Of a stretch of 64,000 nt of DNA, positions 34,372 to 43,438 are shown piece after piece (within the stretch, counting starts at the first letter, position 1; each line of letters opens with the position of its first letter). The stretch is from Nannocystales bacterium. GTDB lineage: Bacteria; Myxococcota_A; Polyangia; Nannocystales; Nannocystaceae. The DNA is taken from positions 192,001-256,000 of the forward strand of contig JBOEGF010000023.1 in the NCBI GenBank assembly GCA_050633305.1, written 5' to 3'. The notes beneath the pieces were generated by a model that searched no databases, had not been told where the DNA came from, and worked only from the letters and a program-made list of their open reading frames with translations. A program made the position numbers and the translations under genes.

Positions 34372-35622
34372 CTACGCCCAGAGCGCAGCAAGCTTGTCGT
34401 GCTGCGCCGCCGCGTCGCGATACCCCAGCTCGATCAGCTCGTGCACGTAGTCGGGGTCGAACAACACGTAGCTCGCCAGGTCGCTCTCGGCCAAGTCGTC
34501 CGCATCCTCCGTCATTCGGCGCAGCCACCGGGCCATCATGCCGCTGTAGGACTTGAGCCGCGTCCGCTGCATCACCTCGTGGGCCACCTCTCCAAGATCC
34601 CGGCTAGGCTGAATCAGCACCAGCTCTATCTCTCGGTACGGGCGCCCTTCCCGACCCCGGATGCCCTCGGCGATCTTCCGAGAGAACTCCGGACCGTAGA
34701 TCTTCGTGCCCGCGCGAATGAGCTCGTTCGTTCGCTCGATGCGAGCGAGGTCGGCCTCGAGCTTGTCGAGCAGCAACGCGTTGAGCATCTTGCCGAGCAT
34801 GAACACCGCGTTCGGGTAGATCGTGCTCGCCTCTTCGCGGGCCCTCTCCTGAGCGGTCTCCGTCTCCTTGTCGTGTCGAAGACCCACCACCAGCAACCGC
34901 TCTGCCCCCAAGTGCATCGCGGGACGAATCGGCGTGTTTTGCCGAAGGCTCCCGTCGACGTAGAGCTGGTCACCGACCCGAACGGCGGGAAAGAGCACCG
35001 GGATCGCGGCTGAGGCGAGCGTGTGCGCCGCCGTGATCGCGGTCGGAACGATCTCCTGGCCGGGCAAACGTGGCCACTCGCCGACCGCTCCGTCTCGAGT
35101 CTGCACGAACACCGTCGTCACACCCGTGGCCAACTCCGTAGCGCTGCATGCGAACGCGTGGAGATGACACCGGTGAAGGTTCTCCGTGATGCCCTCCCAC
35201 GGGATGAGCTCCCGGACCACCTTCTGCATCAGTTGGGCGTCGACAAGTCCGCCCACCGTCGAGCCGTGCGTCAGCTTGGGGAGGTCGCGGCCGAACAACA
35301 CCTGCGGCAACGTCCGCATCTGCTCCCAGCCGAACCGGTACACTTCGTCGAGCTTGATCTCATTCCAGACGCGGGCCAACGCCCGACCCTGCGCCCGAGG
35401 CCGGTCGCAGGTCGCCGCGATGTAGCTTCCGTTGATCGCACCGACGCTGCTGCCCGTGATCACATGAAACGGCGTGGGGCCGGGGAGCTGCTCTCGCACG
35501 TAGCGAAGCACGCCGACCTCATACGCTCCCCGCGCGCCGCCGCCAGAGAGGACAAGTCCGACCCTGGCAGCTTCGCCGTGAGTCCTAGAATCCAACTTCG
35601 AAGCAGTCGCAGGCGCTGCCAT
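34372..35622 (-). CDS. Patatin-like phospholipase
   Basis: LSGGGARGAY, GSSVG, ASAAIPVLFP, VDGS. Confidence 0.93.
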   Translation of the reverse strand: MAAPATASKLDSRTHGEAARVGLVLSGGGARGAYEVGVLRYVREQLPGPTPFHVITGSSVGAINGSYIAATCDRPRAQGRALARVWNEIKLDEVYRFGWEQMRTLPQVLFGRDLPKLTHGSTVGGLVDAQLMQKVVRELIPWEGITENLHRCHLHAFACSATELATGVTTVFVQTRDGAVGEWPRLPGQEIVPTAITAAHTLASAAIPVLFPAVRVGDQLYVDGSLRQNTPIRPAMHLGAERLLVVGLRHDKETETAQERAREEASTIYPNAVFMLGKMLNALLLDKLEADLARIERTNELIRAGTKIYGPEFSRKIAEGIRGREGRPYREIELVLIQPSRDLGEVAHEVMQRTRLKSYSGMMARWLRRMTEDADDLAESDLASYVLFDPDYVHELIELGYRDAAAQHDKLAALWA

Positions 35623-36331
35623 CGTCGCCGCAGTCGGCTGGGGGTGCCGCGTGGGAGTCGAGGATGCTGAGCGGCGCGCCGCTGACGATGCGCCCCGGAT
35701 CCTGGGCGTACTGGGTCATCCGTCCCTCGATCACCGTAGGGGAGCCCCCCGAAGCAGCGATCGCCGCCGCGTCTTCGTTGGAGAGGAACGGGATCTCGAG
35801 CTCCATCGTGCCCTGGACCGGCGAGCCGTCGCCGTAGGTCGGGTCGATCGTCAGCGTGACCGGGTTGGTGTACTGGCACTGTCCAGCCGCGAACTGCCCA
35901 AACGCATCCTCGGGACACGCGCTTGCCGAGTCGACGTTGAGCCACAGAGCCGCGTACGCGGAACAGGTACTGCCCGTGCAGCTCCACGAGTGTTTGAACT
36001 CAAACCGCGTGACATCCAGGCACGGGTGCAGACAGGGGTTCATGTAGATCGGGAACGGCTCTCCGGCGGCCGTCTCCGTGACCGTGCAAACTTGCCCGCG
36101 GAAGAACGGGATGTCCTTCCCGGTGAAGTTGGCCTGCGCCGGCGACTCAGTCGCGTCGGTCGGGAGATCGACGAGTTCGCAGATGGCCTCGTCGGTGTTG
36201 CACATCTCTCCGCGCGGGCACGGCGACCCCTCAGAGCATTCCCCAGCGTCCACCGCCGGACCACAGCTTGCAGCAAGAAAGGCCGTCGACAGCAGGCCGG
36301 TGAGGATCCAGAGGCGTTTTTGGAGTTCCAT
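35585..36331 (-). CDS. Cys-rich lipoprotein
   Basis: MELQKRLWILTGLLSTAFLAASC lipobox and many Cys. Confidence 0.8.
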   Translation of the reverse strand: MELQKRLWILTGLLSTAFLAASCGPAVDAGECSEGSPCPRGEMCNTDEAICELVDLPTDATESPAQANFTGKDIPFFRGQVCTVTETAAGEPFPIYMNPCLHPCLDVTRFEFKHSWSCTGSTCSAYAALWLNVDSASACPEDAFGQFAAGQCQYTNPVTLTIDPTYGDGSPVQGTMELEIPFLSNEDAAAIAASGGSPTVIEGRMTQYAQDPGRIVSGAPLSILDSHAAPPADCGDDGSACDCFEVGF

Positions 36332-36541
36332 GTGCTGTTCTCCCGCTGCCCCGAGTGTACGCGAATCCACAAAAAGCTGCCGGTTTTCGCGCCCCAACGA
36401 TCCTTCATGGAGCATGCCGTCGGATCCTCACGGGTTTTCTTTTGCCCCCAAAACGACCCTGTGGCAGGGTCACTGAATATCCGGGTCGTGATCGAGCCGC
36501 CGTCTTCCTCGCGCGGCCAAACCTGGAGAAGGGTCCTACTA

Positions 36542-37276
36542 ATGCTCCGTAACAAGCTTTCCTTCATCCTTGCTTCCAGCCTCAGCCTTGCCTTCGTCGG
36601 TTGCGACGACGGCGACAGCGACGACACCGGCGCAGGCGCGACCGACTCCGCCGGCACCGACACGGCTGACACCGCCGACACGGCTGACACCGCCGACACG
36701 GCCGACACCGCGGATACCGCGGACACCGCCGACACCGCCGACACCGCCGACACCGCGGACACGGCCGACACCGCGGACACGGCCGACACCGCGGACACGG
36801 CCGACACCGACGACACGTCCGACGATAGCAGCACCACCGACGACACCTCCTCGGATCCCTGCGGAGGAGAATGCACCCCGGATCAAACCTGCCTGGGCGG
36901 CGTCTGCGTCGACGACGGCGGCGAGACCGAAGGCGAGACCGATACCGGAGCGGGCGAGTGCAGCGCAGCTGTCATGTTCCCCGCACCTGCATGTGGCGAG
37001 TGTGCTGAAGACGCTTGCTGCGATGGTCTGACCGGCTGCTTCGGTGACATCAACAAAGTCACCGAGCCCACCGCTTGCGGGCTGTTGAATGACTGCATCG
37101 GAGCCGAACTGGGGAACGCCGCATCGGAATTCAAGCCGTGCATTGCGCCCGCGACCGCGGCTGACGTTCAAGCATGTGCAGACGCAGCTTGCCCAGACAC
37201 CGCCTCGGAAACGGCCGTCTGGCTCGCGATGAACCAGTGCATCGCGATGAACTGCCAAGCGCAGTGCTCCGGCTAG
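36542..37276 (+). CDS. Cys-rich lipoprotein with (DTA)16 linker
   Basis: MLRNKLSFILASSLSLAFVGC, DTA repeats and a Cys-rich C-terminus. Confidence 0.88.
   Translation: MLRNKLSFILASSLSLAFVGCDDGDSDDTGAGATDSAGTDTADTADTADTADTADTADTADTADTADTADTADTADTADTADTADTADTDDTSDDSSTTDDTSSDPCGGECTPDQTCLGGVCVDDGGETEGETDTGAGECSAAVMFPAPACGECAEDACCDGLTGCFGDINKVTEPTACGLLNDCIGAELGNAASEFKPCIAPATAADVQACADAACPDTASETAVWLAMNQCIAMNCQAQCSG
36659..36802 (+). repeat. Coding 9-bp tandem repeat, 16 units
   Basis: GAYACSGCB x16, encoding Asp-Thr-Ala. Confidence 0.95.
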
Positions 37277-37303
37277 AGGCCACCGAGCGGAGAACCTTCG
37301 CGT

Positions 37304-37348
37304 AAGAGCAAGAGGGGTCGCTGAGTCCAGCGACCCCTCTTGCTTTTA
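37304..37348. terminator. Intrinsic terminator between convergent genes
   Basis: 17-bp perfect stem AGCAAGAGGGGTCGCTG-agtc-CAGCGACCCCTCTTGCT followed by TTT. Confidence 0.9.
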
Positions 37349-37423
37349 ACGACTCGTGTCCGAACGCGCCCTGATCCCTAAACCAGGATCAGGGCTCCAT
37401 CGAGACTTCGCCGGACAGTCGTT

Positions 37424-38506
37424 CTACTGCTCGACACAGTAGAACGACGGCCAAGAGCCGACCAAGCCTACGTCGCCCGTCCCCGTATCGCAGGTCGTCG
37501 TTGGCCCCCGAAGAAACTCGGTCGACGACTCGGAGTTCCCGAACGCGAGCGTCTGGCCGGACGCGTTCGACGACCAACCGTTGCAGGTGTTGTTCAACGC
37601 TGGCGTCCAGTCGTTGTTCAGCCCGGTCGGCCTCACGAATGTGAAGCAGAACACCCCGTTGGGAAAGTCTGGGATGCAAGGCTCCGCGACGGGGTTTGTC
37701 AGCGGCTCTGGAGCGCCGTCTCGGACGCCCAGCAAAGGCGTGGCGTCGGTCGTCCAGATCGGCGTCCCATCGACCCGGACGTAGGCCGTATACGGTGCCA
37801 GAGGCCAGTCGATCAGATCGTCCGCTGTATAGGGCGAGTTTGCGGTCGCCTGTCGGACGCCCGGAACCCCAAACAGAGCGCGGTGCCCGGGCTGGCACTG
37901 CCCGTCTGCGAGACCAACCGGGTTGGGCTGATAGTTGCCCCCATTTGTCGCGGAGCTGCCCCGAATCACCTTTTCCTCGATGACCGTCGAGCAGTCGGGA
38001 GCGCAAGCGCCGACCTCCAAGATGTTGTCCCCCTCCCCGTCGTCACAGAACTCATCGGGTCCGATGTTGCCGTCTCCGCAGACGTTGAGGTTGCAGTCCG
38101 GAAGACACCCCTGATCGAGCCCGTTGTTCTCGAGGCCGTCGTCGCACTCCTCGCCGGCGTCCACGTGTCCATCTCCGCAAAACGGGTCATCTCCGCCCGA
38201 CGTCGGATCCATGGTGTCGACCGTCGTCGGCCCACTCATTGTCGGGTTTTCGGTTGTCGGCTCATCCGTCGTTGGACTGGTGGTCGGCTCGCCGGTCGTT
38301 GTCCCACTCGTTGGGGTGACGGTGGTCATTCCTCCGGTCGGTTCGGCCGTAGTCACCGACGCGGTCCCTTCGCCCTCGGCCTCTGCGGTACTCCCCTCGG
38401 CCGCTGCATCCGTATCCGTGTCGATGTCGAGCCCACCATCGGGTGCAAAACACCCGGCGAAGATCAACGATGCGGCGGCGAACGAAAGCGATTGTTCTAG
38501 TCTCAT
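37424..38506 (-). CDS. Lipoprotein with myxobacterial Cys-rich repeats (DUF4215-like) and DUF1554-like domain
   Basis: FAGC lipobox, CGDGHVDAGEECDDG, ADGQC...DWPLAPYTAY...CNGWSS...FYCVEQ. Confidence 0.85.
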   Translation of the reverse strand: MRLEQSLSFAAASLIFAGCFAPDGGLDIDTDTDAAAEGSTAEAEGEGTASVTTAEPTGGMTTVTPTSGTTTGEPTTSPTTDEPTTENPTMSGPTTVDTMDPTSGGDDPFCGDGHVDAGEECDDGLENNGLDQGCLPDCNLNVCGDGNIGPDEFCDDGEGDNILEVGACAPDCSTVIEEKVIRGSSATNGGNYQPNPVGLADGQCQPGHRALFGVPGVRQATANSPYTADDLIDWPLAPYTAYVRVDGTPIWTTDATPLLGVRDGAPEPLTNPVAEPCIPDFPNGVFCFTFVRPTGLNNDWTPALNNTCNGWSSNASGQTLAFGNSESSTEFLRGPTTTCDTGTGDVGLVGSWPSFYCVEQ

Positions 38507-38670
38507 ATGCAACCCTGCCTCCGCAGGGTAGCGGCGGCGGTTGCGAGGGCCAACGGGTGCCCGGGTCGACGGACAGGGGGTGGCGGGTGTCGTGGCCACC
38601 TCAACTCCTGTTGCCAGGTGCCTGGACAGGCCCCGGGCGAAAAATGCCGTGATTCCCACGCCCGACGAGT

Positions 38671-38686
38671 TGGCACGCCGCTGGCA
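38671..38686 (+). promoter_or_regulatory. Sigma54-type promoter, copy 1
   Basis: TGGCACG-ccgc-TGGCA versus consensus TGGCACG-N4-TTGCW. Confidence 0.65.
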
Positions 38687-38696
38687 AACTTCGTTG

Positions 38697-38788
38697 GTCG
38701 TCCAGGCAACTGGGCAACCCGACTCCAATCCTCCAATCCGTTCTAGCTTCGGCCGGCACCTAATCCTGGGTGTCGGTCGAAGCTTTTT
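38697..38788 (+). ncRNA. Putative sRNA, paralog 1
   Basis: About 90% identical by hand alignment to 42754-42844. Has a 5' hairpin with GCAA loop, a C/U-rich linker, and a terminator stem plus T5. Confidence 0.65.
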
Positions 38789-41219
38789 GGTTCGTCGTAC
38801 GCGGCTTGCCGGACTTGGTTGCCGCGGCGAGGAGCTCGCCGGCCCACGACTCCAACACGTCCTGGCTCGCCGCGGCCACCAAACCGGCCTGGGTATACAG
38901 CTCTCGCGCTCGCGAGGCGGCGGCCTCGGCTTTTCTGCGCTCGTCGGTGCCCCTCGGGCAACGGATCGGGGGAGCGCCGCAGAGTGCGAGCGCGAGGCTT
39001 TCGTGCGCGGACCCGAGTTCGAGCGGGCCGGCACCGATCGAGCGATAGATGTCGATCGCATCCTCGGCAAAACCCCGCGCTTCGGAGAACCGGCCCTGAC
39101 CGATCGAGATTCGACTTCGCGCGGCGGCAGTTTCGGCGGTCGTCGAGTTCTTCCGCCCGAGGACCTCGAGTGCGAGCTCGTGCGCTCTGCGGGCAGCATC
39201 GTTGGCAAGCTTCCACTGCCCCAACGCTTCGTGGCTCTGAGCGATGTAGTTCAGCGTGCGAGCGACGGACGGATGCTCCGAACCCAACGCGGACTCCCGG
39301 ATCACCAGCGCCCGGTTTTGCTGACGTAGCGCCCCATCGTAGTCGCCCGCGTAGATCAGAGCGGTGCTGAGGTTCTCGCGGGCATGGGCAACTTCGGGAT
39401 GCTCCGGACCCCACGCGGCCTCGAAGCTCTGCACGCCCAACCGATACGACGCGATCGCTCCCTCGAGGTCACCGCGACGCCACTGGACGATGGCCCGGTT
39501 CTGCACGGCCATGGCGAACCTCGGGTGCTCGGTGCCCAAGGACAACTCGAGCAATCGAACCGCTTCGTCCAACGCCTCGGCCGCAGGCTCGACCGCTCCA
39601 TGGCGAAGGTGGGCAGCGCCGAGGTCCGCGAGCATCCGACCGGTTCGAGGGTCACCCGGGCCCCAGAGCTCGCGAGCCTGATGCAGCGCCAGCGACAGCG
39701 TCGCGACCGCCTGCTGCGAGTCACCGCGGAGAACCTCGATGTTGCCTTTCTGACCGAGAATCGCGACCTGTAGGGCCGCATCCGCATCGTCGATCTCAGC
39801 CTCTGAGATATGGCGCGCAGCCTCGTCCAGCGAGCCCAAGACTCGCGCGGTGCGTGATGCGGCAAGAGCCCATCGCGCCTGCGCCCCTCGACTCTCGACA
39901 CGGGAGCGGAGTGCTCGAGCGTGACGCAGCCAGATCTGCGCCCGTGCACCCCGTCGTAGCGCACAGAAAGCGTCGACGAGCGCCAATGCGGAGTCAAATT
40001 CGAGTTCGGGGCGTCCTTGGCTCCGGGCGATCGCGTACGCGTCCTCGAGATCGGACAACGCCGCCTCGTGGTCATCGAGTCGCGACAACAGACGCCCACG
40101 AAGTGCGAGACCCTCGGCAAGGCCGACCTGGTCCCCGAGTTTCTGCGCGGCCACCACCGCCTGCCGCGCGAGCACCTTGGCGTCCCGGACGGCCCCCGCG
40201 CCCACCTTCTGTCTCGACGCGGCGAGCAGCACAGACACCGACGGAGCAGCCCCGAGATCCGGCTTGGGCTCCGTCGCCGCACGTGCAGAGATGTCCGTCC
40301 CCGAGGGCCAAGCCAAAGCTCCCGCGAAGGCAGCCACCCCCCCGGCGACCCACCACCGGCCACGGGTCGGCGTCCGCTCCAGCGCGCGGAGTACGGCTTC
40401 CATTGTTCGGGGACGCTGCCGAGGCTCCTGCTCCACCCCGGCACGCAAGACCTTCCGCCACCTCCGAGGCACGGAGGCGAGCAACGCATCGAGCTCTTCG
40501 ACCGAGCAAGCGGGGCCATGACTTGGGACGGGCGCTCGCTGGCTGATGCATTCCAACACCGTCACGCAGAAGCCGAACACATCGGCACGCTCGTCGACGG
40601 TTTCCCCCGCGGCCTGCTCGGGCGCGACGTACCCCGGCGTACCGCCAGCCGCGGTGGAACTCGTGCCCGTCTCTTCGGTCCGCGACGTTGGAGCTGCCAA
40701 CGCCTTGCCGAGCCCGAAGTCCAACACCACGGGCCAACCACCGGGGTCGACGATGATGTTCGCGGGTTTGATGTCGCGATGCAGGACGCCCGCTTCGTGT
40801 GCAGCGGCGATCCCCCGTCCGGCCCGCAACAGCACCTCCATGCGCGCGTGGTTCGTCAACGAGCTGCGGGTCCACTGGCCCACCGTCAGCCCCTCGAGCA
40901 ACGGCATCACGACAAACACGCGACCCTCGAACACGCCAACATCGAACACCCGGACGATGTTCGGGTGGTCCAGTTCCGCCAACGTTCGCGCCTCCTCGCG
41001 CAGCCTCCGCTCCTGCTCCGCCCCAACCCGGCGCAAGACTTTGATCGCCACCGCACGATCGAGCCGAGGGTCGTAGCCGCGGTAGACCAACCCCATGCCC
41101 CCACGGCCGATCTGGCCCTGTAGCTCGTAGGGACCGATCCGTGTCGGCGTGCCGCCGAGCAGCCCGTGCCGAACCTGCTCTTTCCAACGACGCGCCTCGA
41201 AGTCGTCGCCCCCGGTCAC
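38760..41219 (-). CDS. Ser/Thr protein kinase with TM and TPR repeats
   Basis: GRGGMGLVY, VAIK, HRDIKPAN, DFG, GTPGYVAPE, and LGxEHP-type TPRs. Confidence 0.95.
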   Translation of the reverse strand: MTGGDDFEARRWKEQVRHGLLGGTPTRIGPYELQGQIGRGGMGLVYRGYDPRLDRAVAIKVLRRVGAEQERRLREEARTLAELDHPNIVRVFDVGVFEGRVFVVMPLLEGLTVGQWTRSSLTNHARMEVLLRAGRGIAAAHEAGVLHRDIKPANIIVDPGGWPVVLDFGLGKALAAPTSRTEETGTSSTAAGGTPGYVAPEQAAGETVDERADVFGFCVTVLECISQRAPVPSHGPACSVEELDALLASVPRRWRKVLRAGVEQEPRQRPRTMEAVLRALERTPTRGRWWVAGGVAAFAGALAWPSGTDISARAATEPKPDLGAAPSVSVLLAASRQKVGAGAVRDAKVLARQAVVAAQKLGDQVGLAEGLALRGRLLSRLDDHEAALSDLEDAYAIARSQGRPELEFDSALALVDAFCALRRGARAQIWLRHARALRSRVESRGAQARWALAASRTARVLGSLDEAARHISEAEIDDADAALQVAILGQKGNIEVLRGDSQQAVATLSLALHQARELWGPGDPRTGRMLADLGAAHLRHGAVEPAAEALDEAVRLLELSLGTEHPRFAMAVQNRAIVQWRRGDLEGAIASYRLGVQSFEAAWGPEHPEVAHARENLSTALIYAGDYDGALRQQNRALVIRESALGSEHPSVARTLNYIAQSHEALGQWKLANDAARRAHELALEVLGRKNSTTAETAAARSRISIGQGRFSEARGFAEDAIDIYRSIGAGPLELGSAHESLALALCGAPPIRCPRGTDERRKAEAAASRARELYTQAGLVAAASQDVLESWAGELLAAATKSGKPRTTNQKASTDTQD

Positions 41220-41303
41220 GGTGCGCAGAGTACGGCCGCGACCCGCAAAAGAAACACGAAAAAAATGTGATCGATCGATGTCCTCGCGCAGTGAACGAGG
41301 GTG

Positions 41304-41582
41304 ATGAACAAGACCACCGTAGTCATCACAGCGTTCGCGTCGCTCCTAGGCCTCGCCGCCGCGTGCGGCGTCCCCTGCGACATGCTGGAGGACAACATCT
41401 GCGAGGAGTTGGGCGAAGAAGACTGCAAAGCGTGGAAGGCCTCAGGCGCTCCCGAAGCATTGCGTTCCGGCCGACGCGCGACGAAGGGATGCCTCAACGC
41501 GCTGTCGGGACCAGCCTTCGACGCCCACGTGCTCGGCGCGCGGGCGCAAGCCGAGGCGCACAGGCTGACCGAGGGCTCGTGA
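41304..41582 (+). CDS. Small Cys-containing lipoprotein
   Basis: MNKTTVVITAFASLLGLAAAC lipobox with GAGGG upstream. Confidence 0.7.
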   Translation: MNKTTVVITAFASLLGLAAACGVPCDMLEDNICEELGEEDCKAWKASGAPEALRSGRRATKGCLNALSGPAFDAHVLGARAQAEAHRLTEGS

Positions 41583-41594
41583 TAGCCTGCGAGG

Positions 41595-42197
41595 GTGAGC
41601 TCTGATGTCGAGATGCTCGCAGCGTGGCGCCAGGGAGACCGCGGCGCTGCGGATGCACTGCTCGAGCGGCACTTTGCGTCGTTGTGCCGCTTCTTCCGCA
41701 ACAAGGTCGACATCGGGGTGGAAGACCTCATCCAGCGAACACTGCTCACGTGCGTGGAGCGTCGCGATCGGATCCCCGACGGCTGGTGTTTTCGGACGTT
41801 CCTGTTCGTGGTCGCCCGCGACCAGCTCTACATGCACTACCGCGCCCAGCGGCGTAGCTTCAATGCCACGCAAACATCAGTGGCTGACCTCAGCCCCTCG
41901 CCGAGCACCATCGTCGCCAAACGCCAGGAACACGCGCTGGTTCTCCAAGCGCTGCGCGAGCTCCCGATGCAGACCCAGGTCCTGCTCGAGCTGCGGTACT
42001 GGGAAGGCATGACGGGGCCGCAGCTCGCCAGGATCCTCAGCATCTCCGAGGGGACGGTTCGAAGCCGTCTTCGCCTCGCCAAGGAGCGCCTCTTTGGCTC
42101 GCTGTCGAAAGCAGCGCGCATCCGCGGACTCGTCGTCGACGCGGACAACGACTTCGAGGCTTGGGCTCGAGATGTCCAGGCCACCATCGCTGGTTGA
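41595..42197 (+). CDS. ECF sigma factor
   Basis: LAAWRQGD...FFRNKV...EDLIQRT, and region 4 LELRYWEG...GTVRSRLRLAK. Confidence 0.92.
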   Translation: MSSDVEMLAAWRQGDRGAADALLERHFASLCRFFRNKVDIGVEDLIQRTLLTCVERRDRIPDGWCFRTFLFVVARDQLYMHYRAQRRSFNATQTSVADLSPSPSTIVAKRQEHALVLQALRELPMQTQVLLELRYWEGMTGPQLARILSISEGTVRSRLRLAKERLFGSLSKAARIRGLVVDADNDFEAWARDVQATIAG

Positions 42198-42218
42198 GCC
42201 GGTGTATTCGTCGGCCCG

Positions 42219-42455
42219 CTACGCCGCAACCCGGAGTCGGTACTCGCTGTTGTCCGTCTCGACGACAAGCTCTTCGTCCGAGTGTTCAAAGCGACGAACT
42301 ACGCCGGTCTGTACCACCCCGTGTTCACCCACGATCACGAGGCTGAGCCCAACTTCGGGCCTTCCCAGAACGTAGACCGGGCCGGCCGGCATCTCGGGTT
42401 GCGTCCTGGGTTTGGGGGTGAGGGGACGACGCTCCAGGGTGTAGACCTCGTTCAT
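42219..42455 (-). CDS. Small hypothetical protein
   Basis: 78 aa with a plausible beta-rich sequence (VETDNSEYRL). Confidence 0.55.
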   Translation of the reverse strand: MNEVYTLERRPLTPKPRTQPEMPAGPVYVLGRPEVGLSLVIVGEHGVVQTGVVRRFEHSDEELVVETDNSEYRLRVAA

Positions 42456-42727
42456 CAGGATGCTCCGCGGCTACGCGGTGCACATGTCGATCCACGGCGA
42501 CGACGCGCGAGAGCGCCCCGACTCCGGGCCACAACGGGTCGGAGATGCCGATCGATCGGCCCAGGGCAGGATGTTCGGACCCGCGCACAGTCATCCTGAT
42601 GGCGAAACACCGCCATCAGGATGACCCCGGCTGCTCGCGTAGCCACTGGCGGCTGGTCTCGCAGCCACTTCAACCGTAAGCAGCCCAGCGGCCCGCTAAA
42701 AACGCAATGATCCCCAGTGTAGGACTC

Positions 42728-42743
42728 TGGCACGCAGTTTGTA
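42728..42743 (+). promoter_or_regulatory. Sigma54-type promoter, copy 2
   Basis: TGGCACG-cagt-TTGTA. Confidence 0.6.
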
Positions 42744-42753
42744 ACTGCGGGGA

Positions 42754-42844
42754 GTGTCCAGGCACTGGGCAACCCGACTCCAAATCCTCCGATCCGTTCA
42801 AGTCTTCGGCCGACACTCAATCCCGGGTGTCGGTCGAAGCATTT
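42754..42844 (+). ncRNA. Putative sRNA, paralog 2
   Basis: Same architecture as 38697-38788. Stem CTTCGGCCGACAC...GTGTCGGTCGAAG with a weaker U tail. Confidence 0.65.
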
Positions 42845-42919
42845 AAGCCGTCAGTGTTTCGGTAGAGCCCAATAGCCTTCGTCGCGTAACGCTTGCCGGC
42901 GAGCCGGTACAGCCACGCC

Positions 42920-43438
42920 GTGTCCGAACGACGATGGTGCGCTGGCGTCCGTGCTCGCTTCGAGCAGTGGCAGATCGCCAGAATTCGAACGGTCTACCGT
43001 CGCGGCACTGCCGTCGAGGCGGCCAGGGGTCCGGCCTTCGAGGCGATGGTCGACGAGATGCGGCGCGCACTCGACACCGCGTCGCCTCGCGCACGGCAGC
43101 GTGCAGATGAAGACGTCCTGCACGCGGTCTTCTTCGCGCCATGGGGTCCAGCCATTCTTCACGCGGCTGCCCGATGGTGGCCGAAGCGCACTGCCAGCGT
43201 TCTCACCTACGCCTCACCGACCGCGCTGAGGTTCTTGGTCGGCGACCTCCACGTCTCGTCGCCCCGCGTCAACCGAGTTCCACGCTGCGCATTCCGGGCC
43301 AAGGGCGGCACGCGCCTGTGTGAACAGGTCTGTCGCAGACCTTCGGAAGCCTACACTGCCAAGCAGGGGTTTCCAGTCCTGCTGGAACCCGACGTCGATG
43401 GGCCCGGATGCACGTGGACATGGGGAACGTCGTCGTGA
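42920..43438 (+). CDS. D27 beta-carotene-isomerase-like (DUF4033-like) protein
   Basis: SPTALRFLVG...VPRCAF...LCEQVCRRPSE...GFPVLLEPDVDGPGCTWTWG recalls D27 (WLVGP...C..L...C..C..PTQ...G.PL.M.P.....SC...FG). Start 42893 or 42920. Confidence 0.6.
   Translation: MSERRWCAGVRARFEQWQIARIRTVYRRGTAVEAARGPAFEAMVDEMRRALDTASPRARQRADEDVLHAVFFAPWGPAILHAAARWWPKRTASVLTYASPTALRFLVGDLHVSSPRVNRVPRCAFRAKGGTRLCEQVCRRPSEAYTAKQGFPVLLEPDVDGPGCTWTWGTSS

Noticed and set aside
36659..36802. CRISPR-like array
   Set aside because: Contiguous coding 9-mers with no spacers and no cas genes.
38700..38745. Minus-strand GGA-rich Csr/Rsm-type RNA reading of the repeat
   Set aside because: The promoter and U tail both point to the + strand. 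It remains a fallback if stranded RNA-seq disagrees.
38697..42844. IS ends or prophage att sites
   Set aside because: No transposase or integrase, and the repeats are diverged with promoter-linked, structure-preserving conservation.
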